A DNA stretch of 64,000 bases. Origin: the human T2T-CHM13v2.0 reference genome, Homo sapiens. The DNA lies in NCBI RefSeq assembly GCF_009914755.1, contig NC_060929.1; one strand, given 5' to 3'. Both the position numbers and the translations under genes were made by a program. The notes below the pieces were generated by a model that saw only the letters and a list, made by a program, of their open reading frames with translations, was not told the DNA's origin and did no database searches. Shown piece after piece: positions 41,497 through 52,216 of the stretch (position 1 is the stretch's first letter; every line of letters begins with the position of its first letter).

Positions 41497-42010
41497 CGTG
41501 GGTAGAAGGAGAGCGATGGAGGAACCAGCAGTGTTGGGAAGTGGGGCATAGATTTGGTTCCTTCTCTGGGAAATAGAATTGGATCCAGAGTCTATGATGA
41601 AGCAGAACAAAAGCATTAATGAAATGTGTTTCCAGATGATTTCTGAACATGACTATGACTGTGAACATTGACTTGGCACTGTGTAATCCCACAGTGCAGA
41701 TATTGCCACCTCAGTTGGCAAATACATATGTTGGAGAGATGGGAAGTAGCAAAAGACAGATTTCTATGTTGGGAAGTTCCTTTCCTGTGGAGATTTCAGA
41801 GCACTTGGAAGTGAAGAAGGAGGTGTCATTTGGCAACATGGGGCACTCTCCTTTCAAGTGCAGAAGCATTCTAGGAAGTTATCCTAAGTGTGGGCTTCTC
41901 TTAATGGCAGGAAAGCTTGTCATGCATGGAACAGCAAGCACAATTATCAATTTAAACTCTTCTGGTGAGACATTATTCCTTAAGTGATTCCCAGTCTATA
42001 GCAGCCCTTA

Positions 42011-42098
42011 TGCCAACAAAATCAGAGCCTCATTGTGAGAAAGAAATGGGTGCTCAGGAAAGCAAAGGTGGCTCTGGGATATGAGAAAAAGTGGGTCA
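42011..42098 (+). repeat. Direct repeat copy B (partner 40101-40187)
   Basis: aatcagagcctcattgtgagaaagaaatgggtgctcaggaaagcaaaggtggctctgggatatgagaaaaagtgggtca. Confidence 0.93.
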
Positions 42099-42388
42099 CC
42101 TTTCTGGCTCTCAGTAATGACTCAGTTTGAGGAATGCTTTCCCTGGAGTGTAGACTCATTTGTGAAAGTTTAAAAAGTGAGACATGGGGATGTGGAGCAT
42201 TATGTTCCTAATTATGTTCACTCCTCCATTTTACTCTCTATCTTGTAAGTCTTGGAAAATGAAGAGGAGGTGGGGCAGGGTCAGGAAGACCAGCATGGGC
42301 ACTTGGCACCAGAAATTTTTCTCTCACAGACCACCTTTGGAAAATTCATTTGCATATTTAACCTTTAGATAGCAATAGTTTTAAAGAA

Positions 42389-42534
42389 CAGTGGTATTCA
42401 ACCATGCCTATATACTAGGAAGAGGTGTGTTTGTGTGTGGATGCATGCACGTGTGTGTGTGTTAATATCAAGGCCTTATACCAGATATATTAAATCAGAA
42501 TTGCTTGCAGTGGGGTCTGGGGATTGGTATTTTA
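42389..42534. mobile_element. MER5-family fragment, truncated where the inverted-repeat arm begins
   Basis: cagtggtattcaacc...taaatcagaatt...gtggggtctggggattggtattttaa. Confidence 0.6.
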
Positions 42535-42788
42535 ATATCTGGAGAGGGAAAGCAGGACATCCTGAGTTGTCAAGTCATTAGCATTTGGAGGACAATTGCT
42601 GAGCACAGTGGGGAGCTCAACAAGCCCATCCTCGCAGCCTGACAATTTGCTGAAGGCATGAAAAATGTCAACTCAAATGAGGTTGCAGTCTACAAATTCC
42701 TTAGAATGATTGGTAAAGTCAGGCACATTGTAGAAAATAATATTGTTTTACCATTTATAGTTCACAAAGACCTTAATAAATTGTAGTA
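42532..42788 (+). repeat. Inverted repeat, left arm (partner 44517-44768)
   Basis: Manual alignment to the reverse complement of 44517-44768: ~27 mismatches and one 5-nt indel (~89%), 41-nt perfect core. Confidence 0.95.
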
Positions 42789-42818
42789 GCTGTTTTGCAT
42801 TGTAGACATTATTTAGGC

Positions 42819-43005
42819 CAGTGGTTCTCAAATGTTAAGTGTGCATCAGAATCACCTGAAAGGCTTCCTAAAACCAGATTGCTGGACCCTAGCCCCAGAG
42901 TTCTGGATTGGGTAGGTTTTCAGTATAGCCCTGGAATTTGCATTTCTTATAAACTCCCAGGTGATGCTGATGGTACAGGCTTGGAACTACACTTTGAGAA
43001 TACTG
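42819..43005. mobile_element. MER5A (hAT-Charlie), full length
   Basis: cagtggttctcaaa...gcatcagaatcacctg...cccaggtgatgctgatg...actttgagaatactg. Confidence 0.92.
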
Positions 43006-43789
43006 CTTTAATGAATCGCTTAGAAGAGGCATACTTTTAATAATATTTTGTTGTCAATTGGTTTAGTCATATCCACAACTAGTAAGATAATTTAAGTTCC
43101 TTCTTAATAGTTACAGATTATTAAAATAACATAGTTACAAAAACATGGGGAACTGGGGGCTGAGGACATGTGAGGCTTCGATGATCAAAAGGAATAGGAT
43201 GTCCTTTATTCCAAAGTCCATTTGTAAGTCAGCTGTTCAGGGCATGAGGTATTTTTTTTTCCCCCAAGGGAGCATTGTCTTGAGTAGGGGCTGAGATGCT
43301 CAGCTAATCTGTAAAGCCTATTCAATCAATAGAACTGGTGGTGTGCTGGTTCTTAAATTATGTGTGTCAGCTCATTGTAACTCAGTTTTATTACAGTTGG
43401 TTCTTTATCATTGCAGTGTGAAATTTAATTAATTTTTCACAGACTCTTGGGATTCACCTGAAGCAATGAACTCTCTGAACCCGAGGAGACTTACCTTGGT
43501 CTGCCCACAGCTCCTTATGGAGATATTTCAGGTTGTGGATAAAACCCAACTCCAAGTAGAAAATTCTCATGAAAGGGTTAAGTTAGAAGCAATTACCATT
43601 GAAATATATTTGCAACAAAATCTGTTTGGAGCCTCCTCCCTGCCTCCAAAATTGACTTTTCTTTTGAGGCTAACAGAAAAAGCAATATTTGTTTAGCTTC
43701 AATTGGAAAACCTGATATTGATATTGAATATTTGAGAACAGTCAACTGCAAACCCTTTTGGGAGAGGAAGGGTTGCGATTATTATTTCA

Positions 43790-44510
43790 TTATCTTTTAA
43801 ATTTTTACTAGTTATTTAAGTTCTCTATTTCTTTTTGTACTTGTGTTGGCTTTTTATAATTTTTAAATAATTTATCCATTTAATATTGGTCATCACCTTG
43901 ATTAGAGTATAGTAGACTATAATACCTTTACTCTGTTTGAATCTGTTATGTCCAGCCAGGTTCCCTTTGTTCATTTTGTATTTTGCTTATTTGCATTTTG
44001 TCTCTTTCTGTCCTTAGCCAATGATGGCAGAGGTCCATTTTATTTCCATCTGGAATTCTTCTTTGATGTCTGAATTGTACAGAAGTATTTTTTTAAAAAA
44101 TCAAATATTTGGGGGGTTCCTGTTGTTTCTATGTTATTTATTTCATATTTTGTTGCATTGTGGTCGAAGACCATGGTCTTAGAATATTGTCCTATGATTT
44201 TTTTTTGAGTCTTGCTTTGAGGGTTTGTAGTGGGTAGATTTTATACATGTTTCACATGTGTTTAGGGAGAATGTGTATTCTCTAATTGTTATTCTCTTTT
44301 TCCATCTTGCCCATAGATGAAGTATTTTGTGTGAGCATTAGATCATGCTTCGTAACTGCGATGGTTCAAACTTTTAGATCTCTATTTTTTCTAAAAAATC
44401 TAGTATTACTCGAAGGGTATCAATCACTTTTGCTATGATTGTCAATTTATCAACTACTCCCTGTAATTCTGTTAATTTTTTTTCATATATTTCACGGCTG
44501 TGGTTTTTCT
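43790..44510 (-). mobile_element. Old L1M ORF2 fragments
   Basis: ttttgttgcattgtggtcgaaga, gagaatgtgtattctctaattgtt, ctccctgtaattctgttaatttt. Confidence 0.6.
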
Positions 44511-44516
44511 CTTTGA

Positions 44517-44768
44517 TACTACAATTTATTAAGGTATTTGTGAACAATAGATGCTAAAATAATATTATTTTCCACAATGTGCCTGACTTTACTTGCCATT
44601 CTAAGGAATATGTAGACTGCAACCTCATTTGAGTTGACATTTTTCATGCCTCCAGCAAATTGTCAGACTGAGAGGATACGCTTGCTGAGCTCCCCATCGT
44701 GCTCAGCAATTGTCCTCCAGATGCTAATGACAACTCAGAATGCTCTGTTCTCTCTCTCTAGATATTAA
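44517..44768 (-). repeat. Inverted repeat, right arm (partner 42532-42788)
   Basis: tactacaatttattaagg...tgtagactgcaacctcatttgagttgacatttttcatgcct...ctagatattaa. Confidence 0.95.
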
Positions 44769-45527
44769 TGAGGAGCTATATTAAAATATAACCTTATACT
44801 GTCTATAGCCCTACAAAAACCTGGAATTTACTTTTACCTCAATAGTTGTTGTTGTTGTTATTTTTCCTCTCTCTCCCCCAGGAACTTTGAGGCTGGACAA
44901 AAATGGGTTGGCCACTAAAACATAAGGTCATGGGAGTGTGTGGTATGTGAGATCCCTGCCCTGTGCCATGACCTGATTAAAGTCCACTGTGAGGCATGTC
45001 CTTCCAGGGAAGAAGAATCCTAGAACCTGCAGGGGCTTCACTTCTGCTGTTATCTAATGTGGACATGGTCTACCTAATAAGCTTCATGAGCACTGCAAAT
45101 TGCAAAGAGAAATATTCTCTCTTTAATTTCCTGAAGTGGGGTTACCTCACATTCTTCAACCTCTGTAGACCAATGTTTTGGTTCTTTAAAATTGTAGTTA
45201 CCTGTAGTTAAATTCCTGCTGCAGTGTTTCTGGAGTTATTCATCTGGGTATTAATCTGGAGTAATTTTTACTGCATGTATGAATCATACTATTTGGGGCC
45301 TATACATTTGTTGTTTTTTGTTTGTTTGTTTTACTGCTACTTAGTACAACGGAAGACATTTTAGGAGATTTTATGTACCAATTTAAATTTGGCAGGAAGT
45401 GAAAAACATGCTTACTTTGTATGTAAATATAGTTAAGATTCGCATAAAGAGATAATAAAATTTACCAGTTTTTGAGTATCTATTATGTGGTAGACATTGT
45501 GCTAAATATAAGGACAAATAAACAAAA

Positions 45528-46522
<995 letters not shown>

Positions 46523-47849
46523 TATGTTTGCTCTATTTATATTTGCTGGATAGTTTTTGTATCAGTGTGTTGGAATAGATGGGTTGAGTTTAGAGAAGCT
46601 GACTTACCAAAGTCCTTACAACTTGTAAATGAAGAATAGGATTTGAGCCCAATTTTCTCTGGACCCACAGCCAGTGTTAATTTCATTCACACATTTCTCA
46701 CAGATGGGCATATCACTTAATTATTTATTTATATGTTGCCATGTTATATTCATAAACATTGGCTTGTTATTGTTTTTGACAAGGCAATTACCAAGGTTTC
46801 CTTGTTAGCGTCATTCAATTGACTTAGGGGCCAAGTCTGAGCAGAGGCAAATCTCTTCATTTATACAGGAAGCACTAACTTTGTGCCGGTACTCCACAAT
46901 TTCATTGTATTTGGTAGTGAATAATGTATTTATCTCTGGAAAAATGGCCTTAGGCCTTTTATTTAAAGTACCTAGAGCCCAGAGAAACCACAAACATTTG
47001 GATTATAGTATCTGTTAAACTAGTATCTTCTCTAAATTAAAACAAATGATTTCTTTCTCTTACCTGATCTAGCAATATAAACAAACCAAAATTGACTACC
47101 TGGTATTTTTTTTTCCTATTTGCCTTAAGTCCTGCATTAAATATTGTTATTCACTGAGAGTGCTTACAAAAATCAAATAGCATTTCCTGCCTAAAAAATC
47201 CTTGTAAAAACTAAACAGTAATGTTTATAGACATAACAATCGTAGGTTATACATTGATTTTAAATGACGTTAGCACCTACATCTTTTATATTTCTTTTCT
47301 GTTTCTCACTGCATTCTTCTTCTTATGAAACAAAACTCTTTTTCAAAGAAGGATATATGTTCTTAGCTTCATACAAATTCAGAATGTTGATGTGTTTGTG
47401 GCTTCTTGAAATTTTCAAAAATGTCCTACAAAAGAGATATCTCAAGTTGAAGCTAGCATTTTGCAGGTGGAGATGGAAAAGACATCATCTTATAAGGCAC
47501 CTGTATTGGGTGAGGTCTTTGCAGGGGGCCCAGGCAAGGGAAGTTTTCTCTTAAACAAGAAGTGGGTATTTGCTGCTATGAACTTGGGCATTCATGTGTC
47601 TCAGGTTTCTTCAGGCAAGTGGACTTTTCCTAGGTATCAAGGTAGTTTTCCTAGGTATCACTTTCTCTGTTAGGGCCCTGGTTTTGGTGTAGGAATCCTG
47701 CAGAATATATTTCATCTTGTAAGTGTGCCACCTGTACTGTTGAACCCTGAGCCTAAGAGGGCCTTAAACGTAGCCATGAAGGCTTTCTGACTTTCCTAGT
47801 GTGCTTTGAACTGAGTTGTTTAGCCTGAGCCTATCTTGTTTTTTGTTTT

Positions 47850-48453
47850 TTTCTTTTCAAGACTCTAAAAGCAGTTAAGGCAGCCAATTCTACAGAGCTC
47901 ATAATTACCATTGACCCACAAACCTTTCAAGGGCTATCCCTACATCATAAGCCAGTGCTTCTCTGTCACCTACAACCTGTCCCAGTCCACCATGGGTTAG
48001 TGTTAGTCATTATAATGCTACTACAACCAGCAATTTTCACCACTTCCCCTACCGATGGCACTGGGGTCCTGACTGCCAACTGACTTGAAAATCATCCAGA
48101 ATCATCGAGGATCCTAACTTGGGGACTTTCCCAGCCTGAAGATTTCCTGGCAAGGGTCACTTCTAGGATAATGGTTTTAGCCTGAACACCCCTAGAAGCA
48201 GAAGTTGAGACAAAGGCTGGCCTTGCAAATAGCTTATTTTGGAATGTGATTCTAGAGACTCACAGTTGGAGGCCTGAGATGAATAAATCAAGGCAGAAGG
48301 GAAAGTCTATTCAAAGTTGTATCATTGAACTTGTTACTGTTTTGGGAAACTAGGGCTCAGTTCTGTTGTGTACCTTTTGAAAAGCAGTGTAGATTTCACC
48401 TCAGAATTTTCCATTCAAAACATGAGCAAGGTTAATATTTATCCAAGCACTCC
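47850..48453 (-). mobile_element. LTR33-like ERVL LTR (48172-48453) with probable adjacent internal sequence
   Basis: cctagaagcagaagttgagacaaagg...atttatccaagcactcc; preceded by cacttctaggata, resembling a reversed PBS region. Confidence 0.55.
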
Positions 48454-48667
48454 TGTATTAGTTTCTATTGCTGCCATAACAAATTCCCACAAACTAGCAG
48501 CTTAAAATAATAACATTTATTATCTAACAGTTTTGTAGGTCAGAAATCTGACATGGATCTTACTGAGCTAAAATCAAGCTGTTGGCAGGGCTGAATTCTT
48601 TTCAGGAGACACTACAGGAATCTATTTCCTTGCTCAAATTAGTTGCTGGCAGAATTAAGTTCTTGCT
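48454..48667 (-). mobile_element. MLT1D/E LTR fragment
   Basis: tgtattagtttctattgctgccataacaaatt...ctaaaatcaag...tggcagaatt. Confidence 0.8.
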
Positions 48668-48669
48668 TT

Positions 48670-49870
48670 TTATTCTTTTCAGAATATCCATGTTTCTACC
48701 CTATATAACTTCCCTACAACTTGAAGAATTTTCTGTAGCAATTTTTGTTAGTGCAAATGTACTGGCAATAATTCTTCTTAGTTTTCTTTTACCTGAAAAT
48801 GTCTTTGATTTGCCTTATTCTTAAAGGAAAATATCCTTAATATCTAGAATTCAGATAGCATCTTATTTCTGAGATTTTCTATATTTTATCAAATCAAGAA
48901 ATTCTTTATTATATTTCTAATAAAATTTTCTGCCTCATTCTGTCTCTCCTCATTCTTGTATTTCAGTTACATGCGTATTAGACCATTAGCTATCATCTAA
49001 TCAGTTCCCTAGTCTGTCACCTCAACCCCAATCTTTTATCCTCCTTTTCTTTATCTTGGGTAGTTTCCTATTTCTTTACTGATATTTTCATTCATTGAGA
49101 AAATATTGTGTTTTAGTTAACTGATGATAATTATAAAAGTCATTTTTAAATCTTGTATGTTTCAGCATCTTGTTTATATCATTGTCAAATTTTATTGATA
49201 TTCTTTTCTTAAAAATGCATTCTAGTTTCTTTTTTTAACATTAGACAATTTTGAATTATATTCATTGCATTATAAAAGTTGTAGAGATTCTGGATTTTTT
49301 TATTTTTCTGTAATGAAGGTTATTTTATTTTTCAGCAGGTAATTGTCTTGGTTAGATTTGAACTATAAAGTCTGTTGCTTAGGAATCAGCTCTGATCTTG
49401 ATTTAGATCTTTTGTCTTTGAGCTGCATTGAGTCTGTTCTGCTTTGAGTGTATTCAGGGTCAGTTGGAGATATGGGCAGAAGAGATTGGGGATCCTTTCT
49501 CTGGTTTTTACCATTCCAGAATTTCCACACTTCTTCAATATTTGCCATTGTCTGGCTTTACTTTTCAGTTCTCCAGACCAGAAAGACTGCACATTTTCCC
49601 ATGAGAGCCCCTCTCAACACTCTATGCAGCATGTGGAATGCACTTGGCCTCAGGCTAAAAGCCAGAAAAGATGGGAACTAATTTGTGGAACATACCCTTT
49701 TCCTGACTCCATGAGAGTGTATACTTCCTATCAGATATGATGTGTTCTGTTCTCCAGTACCTTCAGATAGTTGCTTTTTAAATGTCTCTCAAAGTTCTAA
49801 GTTGCTTTCTGCAGAGGAGTCCATGTAGTAGACTAAATTTGTCCTACTTGGAGGTGGAAAGTTCCAATGT
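48670..49870 (-). mobile_element. Old L1M 5'/ORF1-region fragments
   Basis: tactggcaataattcttcttagtttt...cctgaaaatgtctt; ttgtagagattctggattt...cagcaggtaatt. Confidence 0.6.
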
Positions 49871-50124
49871 AATCTGAACCTTGGCTGTTAAGGACACAGT
49901 GGTCACTATTGGTTTCATTTTTATTTCCCTCTCAGAGAAAGGCAATATTCTCAGGATCATAGGCTCCCGGCACATCCTGCAGTTCCACTATACAGAGAGG
50001 CCATGGGTACCATATGCTGCCAGTGGTATCCCTCTTGAGATTTAGGCATAAACTCTACAATTACAAAAATTCTGGGCGTTATTTTCTTCACCTACTTAGT
50101 AGTAGAATTGTAGTTCACATTATT

Positions 50125-51875
50125 TTCATTTTTTCATTTAACAAATATTGAGATTCTACTAAGTGTCTGGCATGATGCTATATTTTGGGTTATAACAGTA
50201 AACAATGCATACATGGCATATTTACAACAACATATACCTGATAGGACAGTTTATGTTCTGTTGAGAAAGACATTATCATTAATAAAATAAAGTGTGATGT
50301 AAGATATTATAGGGAGAGTTCAGGTTGGTACAGAAGTCCACATAAAAGACATATAATTTAGCCAAGATACCTAGAGATGGCTCTATACCAAAGTGATATT
50401 CAACTGGTACCTTAAGGGTAACTGAGAATTATTCAAGTGAGGGAGTAGAGGCAAGGAAAGAGTAGTACATGCAGAGAGAACACTATGTGCTGATGTCCCC
50501 AACAAAGTAAAAATATGGAAGATTCTAGGATGTAAAAGAAAGTCAGAGTGACTGTAGCATCTAGAGTGTGAGAAAATGATGGTGAGCAATGGTAGAAAGG
50601 TCTGGTGTGTCATGTGCGCTCTATGTGCTGCATATCTTCTAGATTCCACATGCCCTGCTCTCTGCCAGAGGCTGACACGTGTGGATTATGTCAATGGTGG
50701 GTTCTGGTTGTGTTCTGTCAATGAGGCGCCCAGGCAGTAAACCGGGAGAGGGGAGGAGAATAAAATCAGGGTATTTTCTTCCCAATTGTCCTTCCTATGG
50801 AGCCGTCTTGAAGTAGCTTTGTTCCACACTGAAGGTCCCACCTTGTCTCAGAGAGGCTTTCTCTACATGATTCTCTCCTTTTTTCCTTTCACCTTAGGGA
50901 TAACAATAGTCCCGGACTACTACACTATCGGCAAATTAGGGAAGCAGAATTTCTATGTATTGTGGAATAAAGAATTATTACAGAAATAAGACTTTACACA
51001 ACTGTGGGAGAATCTGGGGGAAAATAATGGTCTAATAGGGAGAATTGGAGGATCAGAGAAATATCACAAATAAGCCTTTTGAAGCACTGGCAGAGGGGGC
51101 CGAGTCAGAGCTTGCCAGGGAATCTGTGAAGTTAGTCACATTAAGCTGCTGGCCTGGGGACAATGAAAGAGAGCCGGTGAAGAAGTCTTCACCTATGGTG
51201 AGACTGGGGTCGCTCTTGGTCAGAAGAGTCAGGAGTTGGTCAGCAGCCGAACTGGACATGGGGCAGGGAGAGCAAACAAGCGGGATCCATTTTCGTTTCT
51301 GTATCTGTCCTTTACTACTCTAAAACACCTACTTGCAGAATGTAATGGCCCCTGCCTCACTCTTGGCTTCCAAATCTCAAAATAATTTTCTCTTCTGGTC
51401 AACTTAAATCCAGAACCATACAGTAAAAAAAAAAATGGGGGGAAAATGTGGTTCTAATTTAGCCAGACCGACATGGTAAAATCCCACCATGCTATTCTTT
51501 ATGGTTTCCCTGCATCCCACCCACGATTTAGAAAATCCACCTGAAATAACCCCAATTTAAGTAGGCTATATCTTTCCCATTAGTACCCTGGCTGATACTG
51601 CATTTAAATATGCATGGGTTTATCCTCAGGAAAATAAAGAACTTTTGGATTTCACATAAGGAAGTAATGGAGTGGATCTGGATATTGAGGGATTATTTTA
51701 GACGCAAAGTATAAAGAATGAAACAGAGACATAGAATTGTGTTAGCTATGAATTAGGAGAAAATGGATTTGGAAAAAAAATTTGGAAGCAGGGAGATCAA
51801 GACCAGTTGGAAATCTCTTGTAATTATTATTCATGTGTGTGGCAGTGGAGACGGAAGAAAATGGAAAGATTTAAA
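50125..51875 (-). mobile_element. L2 with nested LTR33 (+, ~50607-50930 and ~51490-51600) and MLT2-like LTR (-, ~50930-51490)
   Basis: L2 tail ttcatttaacaaatattgag; LTR33 tgccctgctctctgcc.gaggctgac; MLT2 end ccagaaccatacag...gtggttctaatttagcc. Confidence 0.65.
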
Positions 51876-51879
51876 AATA

Positions 51880-52216
51880 CAGTCAAGTGCTGCATAATGC
51901 CATTTCAATGATAGATCCCATATATAATGGTGGTCTATAAGTTAATAATACAGTATTTTTACTGTACCTTTTTTTTCTGTGTTTAGATACACAAAAAATT
52001 TTCATTGTGTTACAATTGTCTATAGTATTCAGTACAGTAACATGCTGTGCAGGTTTGTAGCCTAAGAGATATAGGTTACACCATACAGCCTAGGTGTGTA
52101 GTAGGCTATGCCATCTACATTTGTGCATGTACACTTGTGTTCACACAAAGACAAAAGTCACCTAACAATGCATTCCTCAGAACATATCCCTGTGGTTAGG
52201 CAGCACCACATGACTG
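51880..52216. mobile_element. Tigger3a (GOLEM_A) DNA transposon
   Basis: TA|cagtca...catgactg ends; acagtaacatgctgtgcaggtttgtagccta...ctaggtgtgtagtaggctat. Confidence 0.88.

Noticed and set aside
40685-41692. Five long ORFs (270-335 aa) as genuine CDS
   Set aside because: They are open only because GGT/GAT triplets lack stops in five of six frames. There is no promoter, exon or homology evidence, so they are kept only as hypotheses.
43195-43285. Possible ancient Tigger fragment
   Set aside because: Similarity too short and degraded to call.
42532-44768. Novel DNA transposon with long TIRs (TTAA at both ends suggests piggyBac)
   Set aside because: TTAA is palindromic and part of the arms. 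There are no CCC/GGG termini, no other TSD and no transposase, and the spacer holds much older L1M/MER5A sequence.
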